Virus record (IMG/VR): IMGVR_UViG_3300024255_000127
Span: 1-27,314 of that record
DNA length: 27,314 bases
Source: a virus
Taxonomy: Duplodnaviria; Caudoviricetes
Strand: one strand, 5' to 3'
Part shown: one piece after another, positions 9,401 to 22,108 of the stretch
Position numbering within the stretch: the first letter of the stretch is position 1
How the letters are laid out: each line of letters starts with the position of its first letter
Program-made: the position numbers and the translations under genes
Notes under the pieces: model-generated
Told to the model about the DNA's origin: nothing
Seen by the model: the letters and a program-made list of their open reading frames with translations, nothing else
Databases searched by the model: none

Positions 9401-12400
9401 GAACTAGAAATATACGAGTATGACACAACCGACGGTTGTTTTGTACCTACTACGCCAACTAAGCTAGGACTGTATCCTGCTTATAAGCCTGAACTGTATT
9501 TAGACACAACACAAGAAACACCGCGCAACGTAATCCAAGGGCATGACGGAAGTATTACTTTTGCTTATAACGATTATCGTGATAATCTAATATTAGATTT
9601 TGAAAGAAGAATTTATAATAATCTAAAACAAGCATATAACACAGACGTTTTTGATATACATGAATTTACTAGCGGTAACTTTAGAGATACAGGCTTTAGT
9701 AGGCAAGACGTTGACAGTGCAATGGTAAGTGATTTTGTACAATGGTCAATAATTGCAGGCGATCCAAATTATACAGCAAATACTTTTTGGAAAGACACAG
9801 ATACGTTTAGATACAACTATAAAAATATGTCATCTCCAACAGGTAAACAGTTACCAGGTTTTTGGAGAGGCGTGTACAAAGATGCATACGATACTGATCG
9901 TCCTCATACTCATCCTTGGGAAATGCTAGGCTTTACTATTAAACCTTCATGGTGGGAATCAGAATATGGGCCTGCACCGTATACTAGAAATAATTTTGTA
10001 CTTTGGGAAGACCTTGAAAAAGGTTTAATAAAAGTTCCAGGTAAACCTGCAACAGTTGATAATAGATACAAACGTCCAGGATTAACAAATCATATTCCTG
10101 TAGACGACAATGGAAATTTATTAAGTCCGTTAGACAGTAACTATGCACAAAACTTTGTTGCTGTAAGAACAAGAGATTCATATACATTTGGAGATCATAC
10201 TCCTACTGAAAGTGCATGGAGAAAAAGCAGTGAATATCCATTTGCATTAATTACAAGTTGGTTATTAAATCAACCAGCAAAAGTAATGGGTACTGGTTTT
10301 GACTTATCAAGAATGTTAAGAAACAAAACAGGCAATCTTGTTTATACTCCGTCTAATACAATTATTAGATTAAAAGATTTAGTATTTCCAAATACATATA
10401 CAGACAACCAACGTGTTATTACAAGTGGTCTTGTTAACTTTGTATACAACTACATAGTTAGCGATATAAACACTAGCTATAATGAGTACCAAACAGAATT
10501 AAAAACTTTAAAAAATCAATTAGCACTTAAAGTTGGCGGGTTTACTGACAAGAGTAAATTTAAATTAATATTAGATAGTAGAACACCTTTAAATGAAGGC
10601 AATGTATTTGTACCAGAAGAAAATTACAAATTATTTTTAAACACATCTGTACCTATAGAAATTGCAAGTTACAGCGGTGTTGTAATTCAAAAAAATACAA
10701 ATGGTTATGTTATAAAAGGATATGATCAGGCTGCAGCTGCATTTAACTATTATGAACCTATACAAGCATCATCAGATCCTGTAATAAACATAGGCGGCAT
10801 TTCAGAGTCATTTGTAAATTGGGATAGCGGAAAACAATATGTTAAAGGACAAAATGTTCGATATAATAATTTCTATTATAGAGTAAACACAAGCCATGTT
10901 AGTGGTACAAGTTTTGATGATACTAAAATGTCTAAGTTAGCAGAACTTCCGCTTGTTGGCGGTAGATCAAATGTACTTAGAAGAAAGTTTACAAAACGTA
11001 TTAACACTATACCTTATGGAACATTGCTTCAAACTACACAAGAAGTTGTTGACTTCTTATTAGGCTACGAAGCATACTTAAAGACACAAGGCTTTACGTT
11101 TGAATATTACAATAAAGACATAAGTGTTGTAGAAGATTGGACATTCAGTGTAAAAGAATTTATGTTCTGGACTACACAAAATTGGGCTGCAGGAAGTGTA
11201 TTAACTATTAGCCCAGGCGCACAACAGTTTACATTCAACAGACAATATATGGTCGTAGATAATATCTTTGATAATTTTTATGATTATAGTTTATTAAAAG
11301 CAGATGGACAAAAATTAGAAAGATCGTTTAGTAGCATTGCTAGAGATACAGAAAATGATTTTGGTCTAAGTGTTAGAAATACCGCAGATGGTATTTACAG
11401 TGTTAAACTTCCGTTAGTTCAAAGAGAACATGTTATTTTATTAGATAACAAAACTGTATTTGGTGATGTAATATATGACCAAGAAGCAGGTTATAGACAA
11501 GAAAGAATTAAAGTTACTGGTTATAGAAGTGATAACTGGTCCGGCGGCCTAAACATACCAGGCTTTATATATGACGAAGCAGAAGTAAGAGACTGGCAAC
11601 CATACAAAGATTATGGCATTGGCAAATTAGTTAAGCATAAAGAATTTTACTATGTTGCATTGTCTAATGTAACTGGTACAGAAGTGTTTATTGATTCACA
11701 ATGGGAGCGTTTAGAAAGCCGCCCGCAAGCACAGTTAGTTCCAAACTTTGAATACAAAATTAATCAGTTTGCAGATTTTTATGATTTAGATACAGACAAC
11801 TTTGATCTTGAACAACAAAAACATGCACAGCATTTAATTGGATATCAAAAACGCAAGTATTTAGAAAACATTATAAATGACGATGTAAGTCAATATAAGT
11901 TTTACCAAGGAATGTTACAAGATAAGGGTACAAAAAATAGTTTAGTAAAACTGTTTGATGCTCTTGCAAGTGCTGATAAAGAAAGTTTAGAATTTTATGA
12001 AGAATGGGCAATTAGAGTTGGCCAGTATGGCGCTACTGATAACTTTGACGATGTTGAATTTTTAATTGATGAAAAACAAATTAAAACTAATCCTCAGCCT
12101 GTTGAGCTTGTAACTAACTTACCGGCTAACGATACCGACACTATTTATAAACTAACCCCAGCAGACGTATATAAAAGACCTCAAAACTACGATCATAAAC
12201 CGTTTCCGACGGTTGTAGATTACACACAATTTACTAAAGACGCCGGATTTGTGTTTGATGCAGACGCTGCATATAGAATTAACGATAAGACAGATATACT
12301 TACAGCTAATATTGATGTAATTGGTGCCAAAGATTATATTTGGGTAACAGGTGATAGAGAACCATGGGACGTTTTACAACATGTAACTACTGATATTAGA

Positions 12401-15400
12401 GTAACTAATATAACAGGCTTTGACGAAGGTGCTGATGCATTTGTTGGTGTAGATAATCCAGGTGGCACAATCGAATTTGACAGATCGCACTCTTTCAAAA
12501 GAGGTGACATAATTGGCTTGCAGAATACATCAACACAGAATGATGGGTTTTACACTGTAGAAGTTGTAAAGCCTACTAGTGTAAATGTTCTTGCTGGCGC
12601 AAACAATAGTATTGAAGATCTAAGTGATATTAATGGCTACGTAAGTATTTTACGATCAGTAAATTTTGATACAATAAAAGACGCAAACATTGTATTAGAA
12701 GACAAAATAATTAAAGATCAGAAAGTTTGGATTAATGGTTCAACTAAGAATGATTGGGTTGTTGCTATACAAAATAATGTATACACTGATAAATCACATT
12801 ATAATAATCCTAGCGATTATGACATTACATCTGCATACGAGTTTGGATCTGCTATATCGGCAAATAAAGCAAACACTAGATTAGCACTTGGTGACCATAG
12901 TGCAAACAGTTTAAATGGTAATGTTTACACTTATCAAAGAGGTTCAAATTTAAGAGATTTATTATTTGAAGAAACATTAACTTTAGACACTGACACATAT
13001 CCAGTGGCAGACGGTCATCGCTTTGGTGCAGATATTGATATAAGTGCAGACGGCAAATATCTAATTGTTGGTTCAAGCACAGCAAGTGAAGTTGCTTCTA
13101 ATTATCAAAGCAATTATAGTAAAACTTTAGATTATGCTGAAAACGACATTGTTAAGTATAACGAAAACTACTGGAAGGCAGTAAGAGCAATTACTGCTGA
13201 AAGTGACAGTATTACATTTAGTACTTTTGACAGTTATGCAAACTTTGAACGATCAAGCGATAGTTCTTTACTAACACTAATTTTACAAGGTAGTCCGTAC
13301 TTACCAAACTTACAAACAGATCACTTGTTAATTGCTGCACCTTTTGATCAATACAGAGGTTCTAAGCCACAAGACAAACTAGTTCTTAAGTGGAATAATT
13401 ATACAAACTTTAATAGAAATATAGGTAATGCAAGTCCTGTAGAAGTGTTCCCAGAAGGCATCAACGCACAGAATTTAGCGGCATCGTATACAGAGCCAAC
13501 ATCAACATTTATAAATGGCGAACATGTTATTGTAGAAAAGGTTGATGCTGTATTACTAGTAGAACCGTTTACTGATCCTCCAACAGATGGCGACATAATA
13601 AATGCAGTAGGCGGCTCAGCAACAGTTTATAAAGCATTCCGAAGAGATTTTAAACTTGTACTTTATATAAAAGATACAAATGGAGTTTTTGGCCCAACAG
13701 GAACTATTACAAATAGTAACGGAACACCAATTGGCGATTATACACAGCCAAACTATAATGGCACAACTGGTGCTATAGGCGGCTGGTGGTATATTAACAC
13801 AGGCACAAACTACTTAACATCAGATGAATTTACACAAGCAAAAGACTTTGGTGTACCGGCTTACGGTCTAGTATACCAAGATGTATTAGTTTACAATGAA
13901 GATACTCAAACATATGCAAGGTCTATACCAAACTTTTATGCGAACGGTTTAGATGATGTTGCAAGTACAATATTCCCAACTAGGGACGAACCAGTATTTG
14001 TTAGTATTCTTTCGCACAGAGGCGCCGCATACATAAATGTTGATAACGATGGTGTACAAAACATTTTAGACAACAGATGGTTAATGAGAGTTCCGTCAGC
14101 TCTAGCTGGAGAAATTACAACTCCAGGCGATCAGTTTAGAGCATATATTAATGATCAGGCAGATGAACCAGATTTTACTTTATTAGGTATTGACCCTAGT
14201 TACATTAACGATAACTTACACACTGTTATAGATATGTGGGAAGGCTATATTGACTTTACATTTACTAAAACACAGGGCGCCGATGTTGACATGCTATCAG
14301 ACCAAGACGCTGATACCGGTGATTTCTTTGAGCCTGCTTATGAAGGAAAAGTATTTACAGACCTATTAGGGAACATTGTTAATATTGGTGGAGCAACTGG
14401 CGACTTTATTAGAGATGAAATAACTGGTGCAAGAGGCCGTGTTGCATATTATATAAGACGTGCTACTGACCAAGGTAGAGTATATCTTAAAGATGTTACA
14501 GGAACATTTACTCAAGGTAACAGATTATTATTAGAAACATTAGAAGGACCTTCGCAATTACCAAACCAACGTATTATGGGTCCAATTAACAAAATATCTG
14601 TTACAGGAAACAATACAGGTAAAATTGCTGTAATGCAAAAAGGATCGACCTTCCCTGCTCACCCAGAATCATATGGTGGCTTAGATCAGTTTAAAGATTT
14701 GAATACGTTTGCACACATTAATAAAGAATTTTGGGTATACAAAGAAAACCTAACAGAAGCAGGCGCAGACGCAGAAGCAAGTATACCTAGCACATCAAAC
14801 AGTGACTGGCGCCTTGTTTACAACTTACCAGTAGACACTAGCGGTTCGCAAGCCAGTCAGCCTGTAAATCAAGGTGTATATAGTATCTTTAATAGAGTAG
14901 GAAGCACATGGACCAACAGAGGGACATGGACAATTCCAGAAAGTACTACAAACAGTAATGTTGGTAAACAAGTTGCTGTAACACAAGATGGCGAACTATA
15001 CAGATTTTACATAGGTTCAAAAGAGAACCTAACAGTTTTAAAACATGGTACTGACAAATACGGTAAAAAATACAATTATGCCTTAGATATTAATCCTCAT
15101 TATAGAGGACCTTACTCGGCTGATGCAGCGTATAGAACAGATGAAATAGTTTTATACAACAATCAATTATATTCAGCACTTACATTTGTTAAAGGTGTTT
15201 TACCTACTGATACACTTAAATGGATAACATTAAACAGTACAGTAAATTATCTTCCATCATTGCCAAACGCTGTAAACATTTACAATGACCCAGTGTTTAA
15301 TGATTTAGGTGAAGGTGTATTAGACTTTACAAAAGAAATAAGTGTAAGCGAAAACGGTCAAGTACTTGCAATAAGTGTAATTACTGATACAAGTGTTGAC

Positions 15401-18400
15401 CCTGATAACAAAGTACTTGTTTATAGAATTTTAGATGATAGGTATGTTTTTGATCAGACTATTGTTGCACCTATATCAAACACTGGTTGGGGAAGTAGTA
15501 TAAGCCTTAGCGAAGACGGTGACACTTTAGTAATTGCTGATCCTGAAAGTGATGTACAAGGTTATAACACAGGTAAAGCATATGTCTATGCAAAAGTAAA
15601 TGGAGCGTTTGAATTACACCAAACGCTATCAGGTACAGGAACACTTAGTGAAAAGTTTGGCACTAAGGTTAGTATTTCAAAAGATATTATTGCTGTAACA
15701 AGCGGCAATGGCGACAGTATTACTGAAACAGTATTTGATAACGGTACTACGTCATTTGATGATACATTTACAACATACCCTGACAAAAGAGTAGACAGTG
15801 GTAGTGTTAGACTATACCAAAAAGTTAAAGATGCATACATACTTGCAGAAGAATTAGACTATGATGGCGATGACAATGTGCTATTTGCAAGTAGATTTGG
15901 CGAACAAGTTTTAATTAACGACAATCACATTTATGTAGGAGTTCCAGCAGATACAAACACATATTATGATGAAGATATAAATCCTGGAAGTTTTGTTGAC
16001 TATCAAGTTACACAAGATAAAAAACCGTGGACATTATTAAGAACACCAAATGAAGTTGTTGACACACAAAAAATTAAATCGGCATTCTTATACAACGTAA
16101 AAACAAATCAACTAACTACATACTTAGATTATATTGATCCTGTACAAGGTAAAATTGCAGGACCAGCAGAGCAAGAATTAACATTTAAATCAAACATAGA
16201 TTTTGCACGTTATAATGTTACAACATTACCTGACTATTTTAGTGAAACTTCTAATTGGGAAGAACAACATGTTGGCAAACTATGGTGGGATTTATCTACA
16301 GCAAAATTCTTTAATGTGTATCAAGAAGATATTACTAACCAGGCTAATAACTGGAGCAAATTAATACCTAATTACTCAGTTGATATTTATGAATGGGTAG
16401 AAAGTGATATTGTTCCTGCAGACTGGGATAACCGAGCAGATACAGCTGCAGGTTTTGCAAAAGGCATAAGTGGACTATCTAAATACGGCAATGATGCGTA
16501 TAGTCAAAAATTAATTTATGATCCTGTATCACAAACATTTAGTGACAAGTATTACTTTTGGGTTAAAAACAAAGTAACTGTTCCTATTCAAGAAGCAAGA
16601 AAAATTAGTGCATCTGAAGTTGCAAAATTAATTGCTAATCCAAGAGGACAAGGTTATAGTTTTGTAGCATTATTAAGTAATGATAGATTTGTTCTTTATA
16701 ACTGTGAAAATTTAATTAAAGACAAAGACATTGCTTTACATGTAAGTTACTATACACAGGATACACAAGAACAAAATAGACATTTAGAATATAGTCTGCT
16801 AACAGAAGGACTAGAAACAAGTGTACCTAAAGCAGACATAGAAAGAAAATGGATTGACAGTTTACTTGGATATGATTCAAGAGGACGTATTGTTCCAGAT
16901 CCTGAATTAAGTACAAAAGACAAATACGGTACATTAAATAGTCCAAGACAAAGTTGGTTTGTTAATAGACATGAAGCATTTAAGCAAGTTATTGAAAGAG
17001 CAAACTTAGCACTTCGAGAAACTATTATTGTAGACGACTTTAGTTTTAAAACACTTAACAATGCCGATGTTCAACCGTTTGTAACTGACAGAACATATGA
17101 TTATAAAATTGATACATTAGATGAATTAAATTTTATTGGTATTAACAAAATTAAAACAGCAACATTACAAGCATCAGTACATGGTGGCGTAGTAACTGAT
17201 ATTAGAATTACTGATACTGGTAGAGGATACAACGATCCTACATATGACAGTACTACAAGTGTTGTAAGACACGGACCAAGTTTTGAATTGTTTGGTAACG
17301 GTAGCGGATTAGACTTCAACTTAGAAATTAATAACCTAGGACAAATTAGTAAAGTAAACATTATTAACGGTGGTACTGGATATGATGAAAATTTAATAAT
17401 TGAAGTAAGACCACTTACAGTAATAGTTGAAAACGATAGCACAGTTAATAACAAATGGGCTATTTACGAATGGAATAAATCATCAAGTCTTTGGGATAGA
17501 GTAAAGTCACAAAGTTACGATACAAAAGAATATTGGGATTATGTAGACTGGTATGCAACGGGTTATACACAATTTACAAGAATTGATCATAGAGTAGATG
17601 AAAGCTACCAGTTAGCATCAGCAAATGCTAAGATTGGCCAAATTGTTAAGATTGATAACATAGGTAATGGCGGTTGGTTATTGCTAAAACGTGTTGCAGA
17701 TACTAATTCTTTAGATTATACAATTGATTATGAAACTATTGGTAGAGAAAACGGTACAATAGAAATTAGTAGCAAGATTTACAATGTAATAGAAAATACA
17801 GTTGGTTATGATTTACTAGGCTTCGACAACAGATTCTTTGATACTGAACCAGTAACTGAAGGTAGACAAATATTAACAGCATTAAAGAACGATATATTTG
17901 TAGACAACTTAGCAATTAAATGGCAAGAATTATTTCTTGCAAGTATTAGATATGTATTATCAGAACAGCAAAATGTTGACTGGGTATATAAAACAAGTTT
18001 TGTAAAAGCAAAACATAATGTAGGTGGACTAGAGCAAAAGATAAATTATCAAAATGATAATTTAAGTAGTTACAATGATTACATTAACGAAGTTAAACCT
18101 TATAAGACAAACATACGTGAATATCTAAGTTCTTATGAAAATATAGATAATACTAATACACAAACAAGTGACTTTGATGTTCCTCCGTTTTATGACTATA
18201 CAGAAAACGGAATAAAAACTAAATCTGTAAAAATTAAAGATAACGAGTTGCTTGGAGCAGATGCGTTCTTTGATGAATATCCATATCAATCATGGAAAGA
18301 AAATTACGGATATAAAGTTACAGCAATTAATATTTACAATGGCGGAAGCAAATATACATATCCGCCGACAGTAACTATTGCAGGCGGCGGCGGTACAGGC

Positions 18401-21400
18401 GCTACAGCAAAAGCATATATTGGCGCAGGCAAAGTAGTTAACATTGAGGTTACTAATGCAGGAAGCGGCTATACTAGTGCGCCAACAGTAACTATTAGCG
18501 GATCACAAGCAGACGGTTCTACAACAGCAATAGCATCAGCGCAAATTGGCGACAGTGTTGTTAGAAGTCTACAAGTTGGTATTAAGTTTGATAGAGTTTC
18601 TGGACAATACTATATTACACTATTGCCTGAAACAGAAACATTTACAGGTACAGCAATAAATGATAAGTTTAATTTAAAATGGCCTATTAATTTAAAACGT
18701 AACAAAATAAAAGTTACAATTAATGGCACATTATTATTACGTAGTGAATATACATTTACTAACGTAGATGATAAAACATATACATATGATAGACAAAAAG
18801 GTCAAGTACAATTTAGTAAAACTCCTGCATTAGGAAGTATTATTGTAGTTGAATACGAAAAAGATCCTGCAATATTAAATGCACAAGATAGAATTAATCA
18901 CTTGTATAATCCTACAACAGGAATGCTTGGTAAAGATTTATCACAACTAATGGTTGGAGTTGATTACGGTGGTGTAGAAGTTAAGAGCTTTGGCTTTGAA
19001 GGCACGTCAGGATGGATGACCGACGAATATGGAACAGACACTTGGGACAGTTACGATAACACATTTGAAGATGAAATTTTCTTTGCAGATGGAACTACTG
19101 TTGCTATTGAGCTTGCTAAACCTTTAGAAAATGGTATTGAATATAATGTTTATTTGAAACGTTTTGGACAAACAAACGCAATTAGAATAGACGATCCTAA
19201 TTACGATACTATACCAACTAATCCTTTAGCAATGATGCAAACACTAACAGGTGACGGTGTAACACAAACAATTAATTTAGCCGAAAATGATATTCAAGTT
19301 AATGACGGTGATATTGTTACTATTAGAAAAACAACATCAGATGGAAGTTTCAAACCAGATGGCGATAGTTACGATACTATACTTGAAGGTGGCGCCCTGG
19401 CTTATGGTAATGCTGGAGGTATTAATGCAGACGACATTATATTAGACGGAGATTTATTTGTTACTCCTTTAACAACAGGAGGACCAGAAGAACTAGTTAA
19501 TGGTCAAGTTATGGACTCTGTTAATATAACAGTTTATGAAAGAAACGGCGAAGGTCAAGGACAAATATATAATCAAAATTATTTGACTGATGGCACAACT
19601 ACAACTTATCCACTAGGTTTAGCACCACACAGTAACGATGCTGTAATTGTTAAACTAGGCAATACAATAGTTGATAAAGCACAGTACACATTAGATTACA
19701 CAGCTCTTACAGTAACATTTAAAAATGCGCCTGCAACAGATCAAGTATTAACAATACTTACAGTTGGTATAAATGGTCAAAATATAATTGACCTTGGAGT
19801 ACTGTTTACAACAGAAGGCCAAAGTTCATACATAACAAATACTTTATGGAATGACAATTATTCAATATACCTTAAGAAAAATGGACAAGAACCAGACGGA
19901 CCTGAATTAATTGCTAAGAAAAGTGACAAAGGATTTATTGAATTTGTGTTTAGTCCAGTAGCACCTCCTGTAGGTACAAGATTAGATTATGAAATTTATT
20001 CTAACAATACACAAATTAATTACAGTAAAATACAAAAAGACAATATTATTGCTGACGGATCGAGTATTACATACAACTTGTCAACTAATGCAATATACGA
20101 AACACCTGCAGAGTTCTTTAGCATTGTAGAAGTAAACGGAAACATTAAAAAGCCAGGTTACTCAAAAGTATTCTATATTACGGATGCAACAAAAAGAGAA
20201 TATATGTTAGAAACATTCCAAGTACAAGAGTCAACTCTAAATGCTTCTGATACTGAAGTATATCTTAATGGTAAATTGTTAAACCAGCAAGATAGTTATA
20301 CTGTTAATATTGGACAAAGTAGTGTTACAATAGGAAGTAATATTTTGTCACAAGGCGATATATTAACAGTTTACTTTAGAAATGGTGATTATCGTATTGT
20401 TGGCAACCAAATTACATTTACAGATTTATTAGCAGAAGATGATGTTATAAATGCGTACACATTTAGTAATCATGATATATTAGATATTAACCGCATAAGT
20501 TATGACGTAATTAACAGAAGCTCACTAACTCCTGGGTCAGCTAATTATTCAGCATACCATCAATTAACAGGCGGTAGAGTATTGTTAAATCAGCCAGCCA
20601 GCGGTGTTGAATATGTTTGGATATTTAAAAACGGTTCTATGTTGTCACCAAGTGTAGATTACAAGTTACAGAGCAACATGAGAATAATTGAGCTTGTTAA
20701 TGAACCTAGTGAAAATGATACAATAGATATTATACACTTTACAGCACCAATTAGCACACCAACTATTGCATGGCAACAGTTTAAAGATATTCTTAATAGA
20801 ACACATTATAAACGTGTTGATAATAACGATGGTGTAAAACTAGCACAAGATTTAGCATTTAATGATCTTAGAATTGTTGTTGTTGAAGGAGCAGATAAAT
20901 TACCAAGACCAGATAAGAGTTCTAATAAACCAGGCATTATTTGGATTAACGGCGAACGTATTGAGTACTTTGCAAAAACAGGCAACGATTTAAGACAGTT
21001 ACGCAGAGGCACATTAGGAACAGGTATTGCATCAGTACACAAGGCAGAAACTAGAGTTTACGGCGCAGGAGTAGAGAAAACTATTCCATATGCTGATCAA
21101 AACATAGTTTGGTCACCAGTTGCTGCTGTAACCGAAGGACAGACTGAATTCACACTTGATTTTACACCAAACAGTGTAAATGAGTTTGAAGTGTTTGCTG
21201 CAGGAAAGAGGTTAAATAAGGCTGCTATAGCTACATTTGATCCCGTACTTGCAATTGATTCACCCGAAGGTGATGTAAATACACCAGCAGAGTTCACTGT
21301 AAATGGCGATACATTAACACTAACAAGTCCAATGAAAGCGGATCAAAAGTTAGTTGTTATTAGAAAAGTAGGTAAATTGTGGACAGACCCGGGCACTCCA

Positions 21401-21466
21401 TTAAAAGATGCTCAAAACGACATTGGTAGTTTCTTACGTGGAGCAAGAAGTGAATTACCCGAATAA
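6440..21466 (+). CDS. Giant (5008 aa) multidomain virion structural protein, probable baseplate wedge (gp7-like position) with beta-propeller, CBM-like and Ig-like repeats
   Basis: Uninterrupted 15-kb ORF coupled to gp6 by a TAATG overlap, with GGAGG at 6423-6427. Contains FG-GAP-like blades, W/Y-x5-Y-x3-4-V-x-Y modules, GGxGY/PTVTI repeats and VxxNG..DY..F Ig-like repeats. The gp7-like role is inferred mainly from position. Confidence 0.7.
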   Translation: MSYDNDQTDSPLPAGGDSNRKSVDLLPKYFRTQANKKILSSTIDQLVQPGTAEKVNGYMGRKNAKAFKAGDTYIADVTQQRQDRQLEPATVSVDDLGNVNFFADYADYVNQVNNFSGNNKDQSKLNSQEYYAWNPNIDWDKFTNFREYYWLPNGPQTVSVFGKSLEEVSTYTVTTEDQGDNVVYKFSPPGFEPNPALTLYRGQTYTFEIDTPGHPFSFSTDRRFADAPFTLEKQDDGSYKVVSGSADNASSLYVQGLTATDLEGNEIDPVNVEKGRITFTVPFEAPEQLYYTSRSDINTSGYIKVFDIIENTQIDVSEIIGKKTYTSSNKVQFTNGLKVKFAGKVTPEIYANDEWYVEGVGTNIKLVREQDLVIPASYVGDKLVPFDSEGFDRLPFGNASAFAGTKDYVVINRSSVDRNAWTRYNKWFHKDVIEKSAEYNNGIASIDQTVRASRPIIEFNAGLKLFNFGTKAKDDVDLIDYKTTDAFSTVEGGTGYSVDNTNLADGMRVIFNADTDRNVRGKIYKVNFILIDNIRQISLVEDTDATAQVNETVLIKGGDTYKGRLFYFDGTNWKESQRKIQVNQQPLFDVFDESDDSFGTYNASTFNGTELFAYAKGTGTNDAELGFPLSYRAIENFGDIQFNFPLVSDLFVYEENNSNITVKVETGYVRKYTDLTSYVSENGWIKANKPSSQAILRQYVVDTTVNDFAVDVFDRSGDINDLVVKVYVNNSFKKESTHYDINRINGVAYITFKTNLEKDDIVLLRCFSKAEKTDNGYYELAYNLERNPMNENIGEFTIGEVTDHVSTIIENTFDYDGNIFPGVSNLRDIGNLSQFGTRFVKHTGPIALASYHLTDKNANVVKALKYARLEYAKYKRLFLQVADNLGYDGPIKDHVDKIIEEINSQKTDRMPFYFSDMIPHGASKRTLHIVRASDGVFYPLTKTFSLSNLTERGVLVYLNDVALCHGTDYTFTEEGFVKVSATLAVNDELEIYEYDTTDGCFVPTTPTKLGLYPAYKPELYLDTTQETPRNVIQGHDGSITFAYNDYRDNLILDFERRIYNNLKQAYNTDVFDIHEFTSGNFRDTGFSRQDVDSAMVSDFVQWSIIAGDPNYTANTFWKDTDTFRYNYKNMSSPTGKQLPGFWRGVYKDAYDTDRPHTHPWEMLGFTIKPSWWESEYGPAPYTRNNFVLWEDLEKGLIKVPGKPATVDNRYKRPGLTNHIPVDDNGNLLSPLDSNYAQNFVAVRTRDSYTFGDHTPTESAWRKSSEYPFALITSWLLNQPAKVMGTGFDLSRMLRNKTGNLVYTPSNTIIRLKDLVFPNTYTDNQRVITSGLVNFVYNYIVSDINTSYNEYQTELKTLKNQLALKVGGFTDKSKFKLILDSRTPLNEGNVFVPEENYKLFLNTSVPIEIASYSGVVIQKNTNGYVIKGYDQAAAAFNYYEPIQASSDPVINIGGISESFVNWDSGKQYVKGQNVRYNNFYYRVNTSHVSGTSFDDTKMSKLAELPLVGGRSNVLRRKFTKRINTIPYGTLLQTTQEVVDFLLGYEAYLKTQGFTFEYYNKDISVVEDWTFSVKEFMFWTTQNWAAGSVLTISPGAQQFTFNRQYMVVDNIFDNFYDYSLLKADGQKLERSFSSIARDTENDFGLSVRNTADGIYSVKLPLVQREHVILLDNKTVFGDVIYDQEAGYRQERIKVTGYRSDNWSGGLNIPGFIYDEAEVRDWQPYKDYGIGKLVKHKEFYYVALSNVTGTEVFIDSQWERLESRPQAQLVPNFEYKINQFADFYDLDTDNFDLEQQKHAQHLIGYQKRKYLENIINDDVSQYKFYQGMLQDKGTKNSLVKLFDALASADKESLEFYEEWAIRVGQYGATDNFDDVEFLIDEKQIKTNPQPVELVTNLPANDTDTIYKLTPADVYKRPQNYDHKPFPTVVDYTQFTKDAGFVFDADAAYRINDKTDILTANIDVIGAKDYIWVTGDREPWDVLQHVTTDIRVTNITGFDEGADAFVGVDNPGGTIEFDRSHSFKRGDIIGLQNTSTQNDGFYTVEVVKPTSVNVLAGANNSIEDLSDINGYVSILRSVNFDTIKDANIVLEDKIIKDQKVWINGSTKNDWVVAIQNNVYTDKSHYNNPSDYDITSAYEFGSAISANKANTRLALGDHSANSLNGNVYTYQRGSNLRDLLFEETLTLDTDTYPVADGHRFGADIDISADGKYLIVGSSTASEVASNYQSNYSKTLDYAENDIVKYNENYWKAVRAITAESDSITFSTFDSYANFERSSDSSLLTLILQGSPYLPNLQTDHLLIAAPFDQYRGSKPQDKLVLKWNNYTNFNRNIGNASPVEVFPEGINAQNLAASYTEPTSTFINGEHVIVEKVDAVLLVEPFTDPPTDGDIINAVGGSATVYKAFRRDFKLVLYIKDTNGVFGPTGTITNSNGTPIGDYTQPNYNGTTGAIGGWWYINTGTNYLTSDEFTQAKDFGVPAYGLVYQDVLVYNEDTQTYARSIPNFYANGLDDVASTIFPTRDEPVFVSILSHRGAAYINVDNDGVQNILDNRWLMRVPSALAGEITTPGDQFRAYINDQADEPDFTLLGIDPSYINDNLHTVIDMWEGYIDFTFTKTQGADVDMLSDQDADTGDFFEPAYEGKVFTDLLGNIVNIGGATGDFIRDEITGARGRVAYYIRRATDQGRVYLKDVTGTFTQGNRLLLETLEGPSQLPNQRIMGPINKISVTGNNTGKIAVMQKGSTFPAHPESYGGLDQFKDLNTFAHINKEFWVYKENLTEAGADAEASIPSTSNSDWRLVYNLPVDTSGSQASQPVNQGVYSIFNRVGSTWTNRGTWTIPESTTNSNVGKQVAVTQDGELYRFYIGSKENLTVLKHGTDKYGKKYNYALDINPHYRGPYSADAAYRTDEIVLYNNQLYSALTFVKGVLPTDTLKWITLNSTVNYLPSLPNAVNIYNDPVFNDLGEGVLDFTKEISVSENGQVLAISVITDTSVDPDNKVLVYRILDDRYVFDQTIVAPISNTGWGSSISLSEDGDTLVIADPESDVQGYNTGKAYVYAKVNGAFELHQTLSGTGTLSEKFGTKVSISKDIIAVTSGNGDSITETVFDNGTTSFDDTFTTYPDKRVDSGSVRLYQKVKDAYILAEELDYDGDDNVLFASRFGEQVLINDNHIYVGVPADTNTYYDEDINPGSFVDYQVTQDKKPWTLLRTPNEVVDTQKIKSAFLYNVKTNQLTTYLDYIDPVQGKIAGPAEQELTFKSNIDFARYNVTTLPDYFSETSNWEEQHVGKLWWDLSTAKFFNVYQEDITNQANNWSKLIPNYSVDIYEWVESDIVPADWDNRADTAAGFAKGISGLSKYGNDAYSQKLIYDPVSQTFSDKYYFWVKNKVTVPIQEARKISASEVAKLIANPRGQGYSFVALLSNDRFVLYNCENLIKDKDIALHVSYYTQDTQEQNRHLEYSLLTEGLETSVPKADIERKWIDSLLGYDSRGRIVPDPELSTKDKYGTLNSPRQSWFVNRHEAFKQVIERANLALRETIIVDDFSFKTLNNADVQPFVTDRTYDYKIDTLDELNFIGINKIKTATLQASVHGGVVTDIRITDTGRGYNDPTYDSTTSVVRHGPSFELFGNGSGLDFNLEINNLGQISKVNIINGGTGYDENLIIEVRPLTVIVENDSTVNNKWAIYEWNKSSSLWDRVKSQSYDTKEYWDYVDWYATGYTQFTRIDHRVDESYQLASANAKIGQIVKIDNIGNGGWLLLKRVADTNSLDYTIDYETIGRENGTIEISSKIYNVIENTVGYDLLGFDNRFFDTEPVTEGRQILTALKNDIFVDNLAIKWQELFLASIRYVLSEQQNVDWVYKTSFVKAKHNVGGLEQKINYQNDNLSSYNDYINEVKPYKTNIREYLSSYENIDNTNTQTSDFDVPPFYDYTENGIKTKSVKIKDNELLGADAFFDEYPYQSWKENYGYKVTAINIYNGGSKYTYPPTVTIAGGGGTGATAKAYIGAGKVVNIEVTNAGSGYTSAPTVTISGSQADGSTTAIASAQIGDSVVRSLQVGIKFDRVSGQYYITLLPETETFTGTAINDKFNLKWPINLKRNKIKVTINGTLLLRSEYTFTNVDDKTYTYDRQKGQVQFSKTPALGSIIVVEYEKDPAILNAQDRINHLYNPTTGMLGKDLSQLMVGVDYGGVEVKSFGFEGTSGWMTDEYGTDTWDSYDNTFEDEIFFADGTTVAIELAKPLENGIEYNVYLKRFGQTNAIRIDDPNYDTIPTNPLAMMQTLTGDGVTQTINLAENDIQVNDGDIVTIRKTTSDGSFKPDGDSYDTILEGGALAYGNAGGINADDIILDGDLFVTPLTTGGPEELVNGQVMDSVNITVYERNGEGQGQIYNQNYLTDGTTTTYPLGLAPHSNDAVIVKLGNTIVDKAQYTLDYTALTVTFKNAPATDQVLTILTVGINGQNIIDLGVLFTTEGQSSYITNTLWNDNYSIYLKKNGQEPDGPELIAKKSDKGFIEFVFSPVAPPVGTRLDYEIYSNNTQINYSKIQKDNIIADGSSITYNLSTNAIYETPAEFFSIVEVNGNIKKPGYSKVFYITDATKREYMLETFQVQESTLNASDTEVYLNGKLLNQQDSYTVNIGQSSVTIGSNILSQGDILTVYFRNGDYRIVGNQITFTDLLAEDDVINAYTFSNHDILDINRISYDVINRSSLTPGSANYSAYHQLTGGRVLLNQPASGVEYVWIFKNGSMLSPSVDYKLQSNMRIIELVNEPSENDTIDIIHFTAPISTPTIAWQQFKDILNRTHYKRVDNNDGVKLAQDLAFNDLRIVVVEGADKLPRPDKSSNKPGIIWINGERIEYFAKTGNDLRQLRRGTLGTGIASVHKAETRVYGAGVEKTIPYADQNIVWSPVAAVTEGQTEFTLDFTPNSVNEFEVFAAGKRLNKAAIATFDPVLAIDSPEGDVNTPAEFTVNGDTLTLTSPMKADQKLVVIRKVGKLWTDPGTPLKDAQNDIGSFLRGARSELPE

Positions 21467-21469
21467 ATA
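21462..21469 (+). promoter_or_regulatory. T4-type late promoter (AATAAATA) overlapping the stop codon of the giant gene
   Basis: GAA TAA ATA: the TAA stop (21464-21466) lies inside the motif. AGGA RBS at 21477-21480, ATG at 21488. Confidence 0.6.
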
Positions 21470-21487
21470 TACTAGTAGGAATAGAAA

Positions 21488-22108
21488 ATGACAAACACAA
21501 TTAATGAACAAAACGGTGTATTTGTACAGGGACATATTAAAATAAGTGACCCTAGCAGCGGCGAAGTCTTTGTTAACAAAAAGAACGCCATACACTATGA
21601 AAATATGAGTATTGCTCTTGCAGAATCTTTAGGTAATGCAGGACAAGGGCCTATTGCTGTAATGAGCTTCGGCAACGGCGGTACAAATATAGATACAACA
21701 GGGGTAATAACATATCTTACTCCAAACTCAACAGGAACAAACGCAGGTTTGTACAATCAAACGTTTACAAAGATAGTTGACGATAGAAATACAGATAATT
21801 TGGACCCTACTAGAAATAAGATCGAAACTAGACACGTAAATGGTACAAATTATACTGATATTGTTATTACATGTTTACTAGACTACGGTGAACCAAACGG
21901 CCAAGATGCATTTGATACAGCATCTGATGCAGATAACAGTTTCGTATTTGACGAATTAGGTTTGCGTAGTGTAAGTCCAGATGGTATTTTAGGTAATGGT
22001 AGATTGCTTACTCATGTTATTTTCCATCCTGTACAAAAATCACTAAACAGATTGATCCAAGTAGATTATACAGTTCGAGTACAAAGCCTTAGCGGAGGTA
22101 ACAGCTAA
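21488..22108 (+). CDS. Phage structural protein, probable baseplate/tail-fibre attachment protein
   Basis: 206 aa with a good RBS. Pattern MSFGNGG...LYNQTF...TCLLDYGEP...FVFDELGL...LLTHVIFHPVQK..R.IQVDYTVR loosely recalls tail-fibre N-terminal (DUF3751-like) domains. Sits between wedge and fibre genes. Family call is tentative. Confidence 0.55.
   Translation: MTNTINEQNGVFVQGHIKISDPSSGEVFVNKKNAIHYENMSIALAESLGNAGQGPIAVMSFGNGGTNIDTTGVITYLTPNSTGTNAGLYNQTFTKIVDDRNTDNLDPTRNKIETRHVNGTNYTDIVITCLLDYGEPNGQDAFDTASDADNSFVFDELGLRSVSPDGILGNGRLLTHVIFHPVQKSLNRLIQVDYTVRVQSLSGGNS

Noticed and set aside
9437-9460. CFVPTT in the giant protein resembles an intein N-terminal motif (CFxxGT)
   Set aside because: It lacks the GT-x-V continuation, and I saw no LAGLIDADG blocks or a suitably placed HN-(C/S/T) C-terminal splice motif.
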